In this document: in pieces, positions 27,492 through 36,516 of the stretch
Numbering within the stretch: the stretch's first letter is position 1
Layout of the letters: each line of letters opens with the position of its first letter
Assembly: GCA_023150835.1 (NCBI GenBank)
Contig: JAKLKB010000028.1
Span: 1-58,164, forward strand
Origin: Myxococcota bacterium
GTDB taxonomy: Bacteria; Myxococcota_C; UBA6777
DNA length: 58,164 nucleotides
Direction: 5' to 3'
Made by a program: the position numbers and the translations under genes
Notes under the pieces: model-generated
What the model saw: the letters and a program-made list of their open reading frames with translations, nothing else
Databases searched by the model: none
What the model was told of the DNA's origin: nothing

Positions 27492-30104
27492 ATGCAGGAC
27501 AAGCAAGTGAAGGCCACGATATCCAACACTCACTCCCTTCAACTCTTCTCGACTCTTCGTCAAGCCCCTCGTCTGCGCTCTTATCCCGACCTGTTTATGG
27601 AACAACTCGCCTCCCTCGGTCATGCTGTCCGTGTACCCGAAGGTTTTGAACTCCTCTCCGAAGGAACCTACAACGATTACGTCTATCTCTTGCTCAAAGG
27701 CAGCGTCCGCCTCCAAAGCAAAAACAAGATCTTCTTTCACCTCCATCAAACAGGCGAGATCTTTGGAGAAGGCGCGCTGTTGATGGAAGAACCCGGGCGC
27801 GAAACCGCCATCGCTTCCACACAAAGCGAACTGCTGCGATTGCCTGTTCAAGAACTCTCTAAACTTCAGCAAGATCCGTCTCTTCGTGAACCGTTGCTTC
27901 GTTTCATCGCCCACTCCCAACAAGACAAATTCCAGCGGCTTTTGCGTAGCCCCACAGGAGGCGATCTCCCCCACGATCCGCAGACAGCGCACCGACAAAC
28001 CACCGGCCCCTACGAGTCGCACGCCACACATCGCCCAAACACCGGCCCCTACGAGTCGCACGCCACACATCGCCCAAACACCGCCTCTTACGAGCCACAT
28101 ACCGCACATCGACCAACCACCGGCCCCTACGAGTCGCACGCCACACCCCGCCCAACCACCGCCCCTTACGAGCCACATACCGCACATCGACCAACCACCG
28201 CCCCTTACGAGCCACATACCGCACACCACCAAGCCGAAGCCCTTGAAGATGCCCATCCGCTGCCCAACCCTCCTCCCCACGCAGCTTTCCTCGCCTCTCC
28301 ACGCCCTGCGCTGCAACCCTCTTTTGGCGAGATATCCTACGAAGATCTCGCTCCTTCCGCTTGGCCTCGTTCTCCTGCACAAGGCTTCTTGCCGACTTCT
28401 AGCTACCCCTCCGCCTCTCCAAATACCCATGCCTTCGCCGCATCGCCGCCTTCTCCCCATTCACCACCAGCGTCTTCACCCCATCATTCGGCTCCCCAAC
28501 TCCACACGATCCTCCCGCTCCTCCCCAAAAGCCCCAATACCACAGAAAAACGCGCCTTACCGATTTCTGCATGGTCCAACCATAGCTCCGAAGCATGGGG
28601 CTTCATTCGTCAAATGCAGTCCGATCTTCTGCTCGCTCTTGACCAACAACACGACCTCCTCCACAAACTCAACGTCACACAGATCAACTCTTGGCAACGT
28701 GCGCTCCTCCTCGAACTCCAACGCACACAACAAGCCCTCCAAACCCACCTGAACGACCTTTTTGCAATCAGTGCGATCGAAAACAAAGAAGCCCTTTTTC
28801 ACCAACACGCCTTCTCTCTTGAACAAGTCCTCTCCGAACTCTTTGCTCCTTTGCGTGAAATCTCCGCGACACGCGGCATCTACCTTCAGTACGCTTGCGC
28901 TCCCCACACAGGCCTCTACCGAAAAGGCGATCCCCTCCAACTCACGCGGATCTTGAGCGCCCTACTCCAAACCTCCATTGGGTGGACCGCACAAGGAGAA
29001 GTCGTCCTCTGGGTCGAACCCCTGCCCCAAGCCCCCGATTGGCTGCGCTTTTCTCTGCGCGACACCAGTCCCGGACTTCCTCCCGAACAAGCCTCCCAGA
29101 TCTTCTCGCGTTATCACCCCGCCGAATCTCCCCCACACAGCGGCCTTTCCCTCGCCCTCGCACAACGGCTCAGCCAAGCGATGGGTGGACAACTCACCTT
29201 TGAAAGCCATCCCCAACAAGGGGCGCACTTCCTCTTAAATCTCTGTCTTCCAATCCATCTTACCCGTCCCACCGCCCACGCCACCCATGTCGATCTCTCC
29301 ACTCACATCCTACCCCCTCATTCTTCCGTATCCACCGCCGATCTCGATCTGATCCCCCCACCCGACTATCTCCGCCCCCTCAAACAAGCACGCACCCTGA
29401 TCATCGACCCAAACCCCGAAAGCGCCGCCCTCACCCGTCACGCTCTCCAATCCATCGAGATCTCGCCCGATATCGCCGCAGACCCCACCAAAGCACTCCA
29501 CCGCTTCTCCCAACAAACCTACGATATCGTCTTTCTTTGCCCGCCCATCCCCAACACAGAAACATGGGAACTCAGCGCCAAATTGCAGGCCCTCCACCGC
29601 GCCCAAGAACACCCACACCCCTTGCACACGGTCGCCCTCCTCCAACAACCTCCGTCCTCTTCCCAACATACCTTGCTTCAACAGCACCATGACGCTTGGC
29701 TGCTTCGGCCTCTCCAAAAACAAGACCTTCTCCAAACCCTCCAAGAACTCTGGAAAGGACGCCAGATCATGACCCGTCAAGGCAATGCTCCGCCCTCTCC
29801 CTCCAAAGCCAGCCTCACCGCGCAATTCGACGCACTGCTCCAACGCTACATCGCCAATCTTCACCAGCGCGTCGAGCGCTTGCGCGAGGCCCTCCACGCA
29901 AACGATCTCCAAGAGGTCCGACATATCGGCCACAAACTCAAAGGCTCGGGTTCCAGTTATGGCTTCGATCAGATCACCGAGATCGGACGCCAGATGGAGA
30001 TCGCAGGCGAACAAAACGACGCCACCGCTTCGGCTCAACTGATCGATGAACTCGAACGCACCCTCCAATCCATTGAAGAAAAACGCCCCAACGATCCCAC
30101 CTGA
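27492..30104 (+). CDS. cNMP-binding / degenerate histidine kinase / pseudo-receiver / Hpt hybrid protein
   Basis: cNMP domain (VYLLLKGSV..GEIFGEGALL..RETA); HATPase-like GDPLQLTRIL, RDTSPGL, GLSLALAQRL..MGG; receiver-like IIDP..DIVFLC..RP; Hpt GHKLKGSGSSYG. Confidence 0.82.
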   Translation: MQDKQVKATISNTHSLQLFSTLRQAPRLRSYPDLFMEQLASLGHAVRVPEGFELLSEGTYNDYVYLLLKGSVRLQSKNKIFFHLHQTGEIFGEGALLMEEPGRETAIASTQSELLRLPVQELSKLQQDPSLREPLLRFIAHSQQDKFQRLLRSPTGGDLPHDPQTAHRQTTGPYESHATHRPNTGPYESHATHRPNTASYEPHTAHRPTTGPYESHATPRPTTAPYEPHTAHRPTTAPYEPHTAHHQAEALEDAHPLPNPPPHAAFLASPRPALQPSFGEISYEDLAPSAWPRSPAQGFLPTSSYPSASPNTHAFAASPPSPHSPPASSPHHSAPQLHTILPLLPKSPNTTEKRALPISAWSNHSSEAWGFIRQMQSDLLLALDQQHDLLHKLNVTQINSWQRALLLELQRTQQALQTHLNDLFAISAIENKEALFHQHAFSLEQVLSELFAPLREISATRGIYLQYACAPHTGLYRKGDPLQLTRILSALLQTSIGWTAQGEVVLWVEPLPQAPDWLRFSLRDTSPGLPPEQASQIFSRYHPAESPPHSGLSLALAQRLSQAMGGQLTFESHPQQGAHFLLNLCLPIHLTRPTAHATHVDLSTHILPPHSSVSTADLDLIPPPDYLRPLKQARTLIIDPNPESAALTRHALQSIEISPDIAADPTKALHRFSQQTYDIVFLCPPIPNTETWELSAKLQALHRAQEHPHPLHTVALLQQPPSSSQHTLLQQHHDAWLLRPLQKQDLLQTLQELWKGRQIMTRQGNAPPSPSKASLTAQFDALLQRYIANLHQRVERLREALHANDLQEVRHIGHKLKGSGSSYGFDQITEIGRQMEIAGEQNDATASAQLIDELERTLQSIEEKRPNDPT
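27990..28223 (+). repeat. 39-bp intragenic tandem repeat (13 aa, HRPTTxPYExHxx) x6
   Basis: HRQTTGPYESHAT/HRPNTGPYESHAT/HRPNTASYEPHTA/HRPTTGPYESHAT/PRPTTAPYEPHTA/HRPTTAPYEPHTA. Confidence 0.9.
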
Positions 30105-30220
30105 TCTCTTGCCTCTCCGCCCTCTCTGTTCTGCCCCCTGTACCACTTCTGAAGATCGCGGTAGCTTGCAAGCGAGTTGCTATCCAATCACACGATGTTT
30201 TCACACCGAAGGGATCTGCC

Positions 30221-32239
30221 ATGCCTTCGTTTTCACAACGCTTTGAACCTTTTGCCAAGCGGCTACGCGACGATCAAGCCCATCCTCTCTTGATCAAAAA
30301 CTTTCAAGCAGCCTACGCTCAACTTTGCGAAGGCGAAACCGGCCTACTCCCCGAGTCCCAGATCCAACCTCCTCCCCCACAACCCGACGCCGAAGAACTC
30401 CCCCGTTCCACCCAAAAACGCGGAGAGAAGGCACTCCCCCACACCATCCAGATCCGCCTCAACGGTGGGCTTGGCACCAGCATGGGACTCCAACAAGCCA
30501 AATCTCTTCTCTTCGTCAAACAAGATCTATGCTTTCTCGATATCATCGCCCAACAATCCGAAGCCTTGCACATCCCCCTGCTTCTGATGAACAGCTTCGC
30601 CACGCAACAAGATTCCCTCCAACGGCTTCAACAACATCCAAAACTCCGTCAGATCCGACCTCATCTTCCTCTCGACTTCTTGCAACATCGTATCCCCAAG
30701 ATCCGCCAAGACAACCTCTCCCCTGTGCAGCACACCGAAGAAGAACTCACGTGGTGTCCTCCCGGCCACGGAGATATCTATCTCGCCTTGATCACCAGCG
30801 GGCTTCTTGAGGCCCTGCTCCAAGCCGATATCCACTACGCTTTTGTCGCAAACGCCGACAATCTCGGCGCAAGCGTCGATCTCTCCATCCTTGGTTACTT
30901 TGCCGAACACGACTTCCCTTTCTTGATGGAAGTCGCCGACCGTACCCGCGTAGATCGCAAAGGCGGACACCTTGCACGCCATCTCGATGGCCACTTGCTG
31001 CTTCGTGAATCTGCCCAATGCCCGCCCCAAGACGAACAATCCTTCCAAGATATCCAACGCTACCGCTACTTTAACACCAACAACATCTGGCTTAATCTCC
31101 GCCATCTTCAAAAAACCCTCGAAGACAACAGCGGTATCCTCGGCCTACCTCTGATCCGAAACGCCAAAACCGTCGATCCCCGCGACCCCGCCTCAACGCC
31201 CGTTTTTCAACTAGAAACTGCGATGGGTACGGCGATATCCATCTTCTCCAACGCTCAAGCCCTGCGTGTCCCCCGCAGCCGCTTTGCTCCCGTCAAAACC
31301 ACACAAGATCTACTCGCTGTGCGCTCCGATGCCTATACGCTCGATCCCTTCGGAAGGATCGCCCTTCACCCCAAGCGAGAAGGCATCCCGCCCGTCGTGT
31401 CTCTCGACAACCGATACTACCGACTTGTCGATGATCTCGACCAACGCTTTCCCCAAGGCCCGCCTTCTCTGCTTCACTGCACACTTCTCTCCGTCCAAGG
31501 CGATATCACCTTCGGGCGCTCTGTCACTTGTCGAGGCAAGGTCGAACTATCCGCCCCCAACCAACCACAAACTCTTCCCGATGATGCCCAACTCTCGGGT
31601 TCCTTCGACCTTCCCTCTTCGCGATCGATCCCCACTCAACCGCACGCCTCTCCCCATCGCTACCAAGCCTATTACTGCGAAGAAAATATCTGGCAACTCG
31701 CCCATGAATCGGCCTTTTCTGATGTCGAAGGCTACGCTGTCTTCATCTCGAATCCCGAAAAATCCTGTGCGCTTTGGCACCAACGCGCCAGTCACTCCGC
31801 ATGGGAACCCGTCTTGTGGGATTACCATGTCCTCTATCTCGCCGCGACAGGCCCGCAATCCTCGCCTTGGGAGATCTGGGATCTCGATACCTTGCTCGGA
31901 ATGCCCGTTCCTTTGGCCGATTATCTCTCACAAACTTTTTGCATGACCGCCGAACTTCACCCACGTTATGCCCCATCCTTCCGACTTCTTCCACGCGAGA
32001 TCTTTTTACGCGACTTTTACAGCGACCGCAGCCACATGCTCGACAAACACCAGACTTGGCGTCAACCTCCGCCGCCTTGGCCGCCGATCATGCCCAACGT
32101 CCCACAACCCCGCCCTCTCCTCCGCATCGTCGCCATGCAAGATCCCACCCTCGGACCCATCCTCGATCTCGGCCAACTCTACGAGCGCTTTCTCCCAACT
32201 CTACGAGCGCTTTCTCTCCCTATAGAAGCCCCGCAGTAG
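30221..32239 (+). CDS. UTP-glucose-1-phosphate uridylyltransferase (eukaryote-type UGPase) fused to an N-terminal glutamine amidohydrolase (NTAQ1/WDYHV) domain
   Basis: LNGGLGTSMG..AKS, WCPPGHGD, DNLGA, KGG, FNTNN, QLETAMG, RFAPVK; then in frame YCEEN, WDYHV, WDLD, FYSDRSHM, PPPPWP. Confidence 0.88.
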   Translation: MPSFSQRFEPFAKRLRDDQAHPLLIKNFQAAYAQLCEGETGLLPESQIQPPPPQPDAEELPRSTQKRGEKALPHTIQIRLNGGLGTSMGLQQAKSLLFVKQDLCFLDIIAQQSEALHIPLLLMNSFATQQDSLQRLQQHPKLRQIRPHLPLDFLQHRIPKIRQDNLSPVQHTEEELTWCPPGHGDIYLALITSGLLEALLQADIHYAFVANADNLGASVDLSILGYFAEHDFPFLMEVADRTRVDRKGGHLARHLDGHLLLRESAQCPPQDEQSFQDIQRYRYFNTNNIWLNLRHLQKTLEDNSGILGLPLIRNAKTVDPRDPASTPVFQLETAMGTAISIFSNAQALRVPRSRFAPVKTTQDLLAVRSDAYTLDPFGRIALHPKREGIPPVVSLDNRYYRLVDDLDQRFPQGPPSLLHCTLLSVQGDITFGRSVTCRGKVELSAPNQPQTLPDDAQLSGSFDLPSSRSIPTQPHASPHRYQAYYCEENIWQLAHESAFSDVEGYAVFISNPEKSCALWHQRASHSAWEPVLWDYHVLYLAATGPQSSPWEIWDLDTLLGMPVPLADYLSQTFCMTAELHPRYAPSFRLLPREIFLRDFYSDRSHMLDKHQTWRQPPPPWPPIMPNVPQPRPLLRIVAMQDPTLGPILDLGQLYERFLPTLRALSLPIEAPQ

Positions 32240-32310
32240 CCAAAAAAGCCGTGTTCTCGCTGTTTCAAGCGACAGAGTCGTTGGTTTGAAAAACGCTTGC
32301 TCTGCGGCGT
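32233..32310 (-). repeat. Dispersed intergenic repeat family B, partial copy
   Basis: GCAGTAGCCAAAAAAGCCGTGTTC..TCAAGCGA..GGTTTGAAAAAC closely matches 3751-3812; supplies the TAG stop of the upstream gene. Confidence 0.8.
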
Positions 32311-32376
32311 GGTGGGTGGTATCTTGCGCGCCCATCCTGTTCCCGCCCTGCGATGGCACAACCAAGGAGCAAGCGT

Positions 32377-33567
32377 ATGTCATCGATCCGCCGTTATAAT
32401 TTTCCAACACGTATCCTCGTCGGTCTCGACGCCCGAAAAGAAGTCATCCCTGCACTTCGCGAACGCAATCTATCCCGCCCGCTGATCGTGACGGATCGCG
32501 TTCTTGCGAAACTTCCTGTCCTTCAAGATTACGCGCTCCTGCTGCGCGAAGCAGGGTTCCAAGTTGCCGTATACTCCGAGATCTGGGGCAATCCCGTCAA
32601 ATCACAAGTGACGGCTGGTGTCGAGGCATTCCGCGCTTACCAAGCCGACGCGGTGATCGCCTTCGGGGGGGGAGCCGCGATGGACGTCGCCAAGGTGATC
32701 GCGCTGATGATCCATCATCCCGGCGATATCTTTGATTACGAAGATGGCATCCCCAACGGTCGCCCTGTCGATCAACCCATCCCCCTGATCGTCACCATCC
32801 CCACCACCGCAGGAACAGGCAGCGAAGTAGGCCGATCTTCCGTCATCTCCGATGAAGAAGATCACCGAAAACGCATCATCTTCGATCCTCGCCTCCTGCC
32901 CTCGCTCACCTTGCTCGATCCCGAAGTCACCCTCGCCCTCCCTGCATCGATCACCGCATCCACCGGCATCGACGCTCTCACACACCTTGTCGAAGCCTAC
33001 CTCGCCAAAGGACACCACCCGCTTTGCGACGGCATCGCCCTCGAAGGCATCCATCTCGTCTCTCAATTCCTTGCCCCTTGCGTCCATTTTGCCCAACGCA
33101 TCGCCCAAGGCGAAACCCTCAGCCAAGCCGATCACGCCCGTCACATCGAAGCCCGCGAACGTATGCTCGAAGCCGCGATGATGGGCGCTGTCGCCTTCCA
33201 AAAAGGTCTTGGCCTCACCCATTCCTGCGCTCACGCCCTCTCCACCGTCTGCGATATGCACCACGGCCTCGCAAACGCCCTGATGATCGCCCCTTGCATG
33301 GAGTTCAATGCTCCCGCCGTCCCTGAACGCTTTACGCGCATGGCTCAAGCTGCTGGGCTTGACAACCCCAATGCAGCTACCTTTATTGCTTGGCTGCGCA
33401 AACTCAACCAAGAGATCGGCATCCCTTCTGGACTCGCTGCCGTCGGCGTCAAAACCGAACACCTCGAACCCCTCGTCAAATGGGCAACTGTCGACGTCTG
33501 CCACCCCCTTGGACCCCGCACCGTCACCCCAGACGACTTCCGCGCTCTCTACCAAGCCGCCCTCTAA
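32377..33567 (+). CDS. Iron-containing alcohol dehydrogenase
   Basis: FGGGAAMDVAK, PTTAGTGSE, GIDALTHLVE, HSCAH, HHGLAN. Confidence 0.93.
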   Translation: MSSIRRYNFPTRILVGLDARKEVIPALRERNLSRPLIVTDRVLAKLPVLQDYALLLREAGFQVAVYSEIWGNPVKSQVTAGVEAFRAYQADAVIAFGGGAAMDVAKVIALMIHHPGDIFDYEDGIPNGRPVDQPIPLIVTIPTTAGTGSEVGRSSVISDEEDHRKRIIFDPRLLPSLTLLDPEVTLALPASITASTGIDALTHLVEAYLAKGHHPLCDGIALEGIHLVSQFLAPCVHFAQRIAQGETLSQADHARHIEARERMLEAAMMGAVAFQKGLGLTHSCAHALSTVCDMHHGLANALMIAPCMEFNAPAVPERFTRMAQAAGLDNPNAATFIAWLRKLNQEIGIPSGLAAVGVKTEHLEPLVKWATVDVCHPLGPRTVTPDDFRALYQAAL

Positions 33568-33597
33568 TCGAACCAACCCCCAAGGAATAAAACCGCG

Positions 33598-33759
33598 ATG
33601 CTCACCTACAAAGCGATGTACAAATTCTTGGAAGGTGCCGTACACGGCGAAGTCCTCCCGATCCCCGATCCCAAAATATCGGATACTGAAGCGGAGCTTG
33701 AAGAACCCATCCATCTGCTGCTCACAGCAGCCCCATCCATCGCGATCTCTGCTTTGTAG
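33598..33759 (+). pseudogene. Internally deleted HicB-like antitoxin remnant (53 aa)
   Basis: AAGGAA RBS; MLTYKAMYKFLEGAVHGEVL joined directly to PIPDPKISDTEAELEEPIHLLLTAA; resembles HicB termini without the central DFPG..G.TLEEA core; no hicA seen. Confidence 0.5.
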
Positions 33760-33825
33760 CAAGCACCTACCCCCTAAACACCGCCAAGAAGAACCTCCCA
33801 CTCACGACACGATTTGAGTACAAAC

Positions 33826-34629
33826 ATGACCCTTCCCCTTCGTATCGGCATCTCCGCCTGCTTTTTTTATCCCGACCCCAGCCGTCGTGTCTTCGGCCCC
33901 AAGACGCTGCTTTACGCCGAGCGCTCGATGATGCAATGGATCCTCTCCCAAGGCGCTCTGCCTTTTTTGATCCCTGAAGCCCATCCAAACTTTACTCTGC
34001 CTGATCTACTCGGTTGTTTTGATGGTCTCCTGCTTCAAGGGGGTTCCGATCTTTCGCCTTCCAGCTACGGCGAAGAACCGCTTCGCCCCGAATGGAACGG
34101 CGATCTTCACCGCGACAACTACGAGATCGCCCTTGTTCACGCAGCCATCGCACTCGACAAGCCCATCCTTGGCATCTGTCGCGGCGCGCAACTCCTGAAC
34201 GTCGCGCTCGGCGGGACGCTCTACCAAGATATCGAAACGCAACTCGAAGGCGCACGCACCCACCGAGACGCCACCCTCTACGACACCCTCCATCACGACC
34301 TCACGCTGATCCCAGAAACGCCCTTGGCCGCGATGTATGCCGATATCACTCGCCCTCGCGTCAACACCGTCCACCACCAAGGGCTGCGTGCCCTCGGCCA
34401 AGATCTCCGCATCGAAGCCCGCTGCCCCGAAGATCAAGTGATCGAGGCTGTCCGCTTGGTTCCTCAAGGACACGGCAGCGCCAACCCCGCACCCTACGCT
34501 TTCGCCGTTCAATGGCACCCCGAGTTCCAAGATCCCCAAGATACCGCTCTCTTGGATCGCACCCCCATCCTCCAAGATTTTTTCCAAGCCATCCAACAAC
34601 GCTTGGCTCGAAACACCCCAACAGCCTAA
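33826..34629 (+). CDS. Gamma-glutamyl-gamma-aminobutyrate hydrolase family (peptidase C26, PuuD-like)
   Basis: DGLLLQGGSDL, PILGICRGAQLLNVALGGTLYQD, VNTVHHQG, VQWHPE. Confidence 0.92.
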   Translation: MTLPLRIGISACFFYPDPSRRVFGPKTLLYAERSMMQWILSQGALPFLIPEAHPNFTLPDLLGCFDGLLLQGGSDLSPSSYGEEPLRPEWNGDLHRDNYEIALVHAAIALDKPILGICRGAQLLNVALGGTLYQDIETQLEGARTHRDATLYDTLHHDLTLIPETPLAAMYADITRPRVNTVHHQGLRALGQDLRIEARCPEDQVIEAVRLVPQGHGSANPAPYAFAVQWHPEFQDPQDTALLDRTPILQDFFQAIQQRLARNTPTA

Positions 34630-34657
34630 ACCAGCCCACAAGAAAGTACACAACACC

Positions 34658-36046
34658 ATGCTCAAAGTCGTGAACCCTGCGACCGAAACCGTGATCCGCG
34701 AGCTCCCCACCGATACGCCCGAGTCGATCCGCGCTCATTTTGAACGCGCCAAAGCCGCACAACCTGCTTGGGCTGCACGCCCACTTGCCGAACGCATCGA
34801 GATCCTCACTCGCTTTCGTGACAAGATCATCCAACACACCGACACTCTCGCCAACCAACTCTCCTCCGAGATGGGCAAACCCCGCAAACAATCCCTCAAT
34901 GAGATCCGCGCACTCCCCGATCGCATCGACTTTTTCCTCCAACACACCGAAGCCACACTCCGCCCCCAAGACGTCTCCTTTCGCACCGATCCCAACACCC
35001 CGCCCGCCACACAAGAGATGATCTCTTACGAACCGCTCGGCGTGATCGCCAACATCTCGGCTTGGAACTACCCTTACTTTGTCGGAAGCAACGTCTTCGT
35101 TCCCGCCCTTCTGACCGGAAACGCTGTCCTGTATAAACCTTCCGAATACACCCCGCTGACGGGCCTTTCGATCGCACAGCTTCTCCACGAATCGGGTGTC
35201 CCGTCCGATATCTTTGTGACTATCCTCGGCACAGGGACCGCAGGGTCCGCCTTAACCGCACTCCCGATACATGGGGTTTTCTTTACAGGCTCCCACGCCA
35301 CAGGCGTCAAGATCGCCCAGTCTGTCGCCTCCCGTCTGATCAAAGTCCAACTCGAACTCGGCGGCAAAGATCCCACCTACGTTTGCGACGATGCCGACGC
35401 CAAAAGCGCTGCTATCGGACTTGCGGATGGCGCCTTCTATAACGCCGGACAATCGTGCTGTTCCGTCGAACGCATCTATGTCCACCAAGACAACTACGAT
35501 GCTTTCGTTGCCGCTTTTGTCGAAGAAGTCCAAAGCTTCAAAGTCGGCGACCCGATGAAAGAAGACACCTACATCGGCCCCCTCGCCCGAAAAGAACAAC
35601 TCGATGTCCTTGACGCTCAAGTCCAAGACGCCCTCCAAAAAGGCGCACGTCTCCTACTTGGTGGGCATCGCCTCCAAGGAACGGGCTATTACTACGCTCC
35701 CACCGTCCTTGTCGACGTCGATCACAGCATGGATGTCATGCGCGAAGAAAGCTTTGGCCCAATCATCGGCATCCAAAAAGTCCACGATGACCAAGAAGCC
35801 ATCTCCAAAATGAACGATACCGCCTACGGCCTCACCGCTGGCGTGTACACCCCCGACGCCCAACGCGCCAAATCCATCCTCTCCCATCTCAACGCAGGTT
35901 CCGCCTATTGGAACTGTTGTGATCGCGTCAGCCCACGCCTCCCTTGGACTGGACGACAACACTCCGGCATCGGCTCCACCCTCTCCCACCTTGGCATCCT
36001 CGCCTTCGTTCAACCCAAAGCATGGCATCTCCGCTCCCCCGCCTGA
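34658..36046 (+). CDS. Aldehyde dehydrogenase
   Basis: AWNYP, KPSE, FTGS, LELGGKDP, NAGQSCC, EESFGP. Confidence 0.95.
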   Translation: MLKVVNPATETVIRELPTDTPESIRAHFERAKAAQPAWAARPLAERIEILTRFRDKIIQHTDTLANQLSSEMGKPRKQSLNEIRALPDRIDFFLQHTEATLRPQDVSFRTDPNTPPATQEMISYEPLGVIANISAWNYPYFVGSNVFVPALLTGNAVLYKPSEYTPLTGLSIAQLLHESGVPSDIFVTILGTGTAGSALTALPIHGVFFTGSHATGVKIAQSVASRLIKVQLELGGKDPTYVCDDADAKSAAIGLADGAFYNAGQSCCSVERIYVHQDNYDAFVAAFVEEVQSFKVGDPMKEDTYIGPLARKEQLDVLDAQVQDALQKGARLLLGGHRLQGTGYYYAPTVLVDVDHSMDVMREESFGPIIGIQKVHDDQEAISKMNDTAYGLTAGVYTPDAQRAKSILSHLNAGSAYWNCCDRVSPRLPWTGRQHSGIGSTLSHLGILAFVQPKAWHLRSPA

Positions 36047-36070
36047 CCTGACTTTTGACTTTTGACTTTT

Positions 36071-36385
36071 CCGTGTCTTCCGTGTCTTCCGTGTCTTCCG
36101 TGTCTTCCGTGTCTTCCGTGTCTGCCTTGTCTGCCTTGTCTGCCTTGTCTGCCTTGTCTGCCTTGTCTGCCTTGTCTGCCTTGTCTGCCTTGTCTGCCTT
36201 GTCTGCCTTGTCTGCCTTGTCTGCCTTGTCTGCCTTGTCTGCCTTGTCTGCCTTGTCTGCCGTGTCTTCCGTGTCTTCCTTGTCTGCCTTGTCTTCCTTC
36301 CGTGCCTTGTCTTCCTTGTCTGCCGTGTCTGCCGTGTCTGCCTTGTCTGCCTTGTCTTCCTTCCGTGCCTTCCGTGTTTTCCGTG
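36071..36385. repeat. 9-bp tandem repeat (CC[G/T]TGTCT[G/T]), about 35 units
   Basis: Blocks of CCGTGTCTT and CCTTGTCTG, preceded by three TGACTTT copies; short related tract at 49981-50012. Confidence 0.95.
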
Positions 36386-36516
36386 GACAGATTTTTTCTG
36401 TGAACTTGTTTGCGCTGCGTTGCGAAAATGCCTATACACAAGCGAGAACACAAACCCGAAGAGGCAAACGGGGTGTATCGAGAGCAGAAGCCCGATGCCT
36501 GTTGGAGAAAAGACGT

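Noticed and set aside
36055-36516. SALSAL/PCL/RQT repeat proteins or an N-terminal extension of the HEAT protein
   Set aside because: Frames are open only because of the 9-bp microsatellite; a good RBS and ATG lie at 36517.
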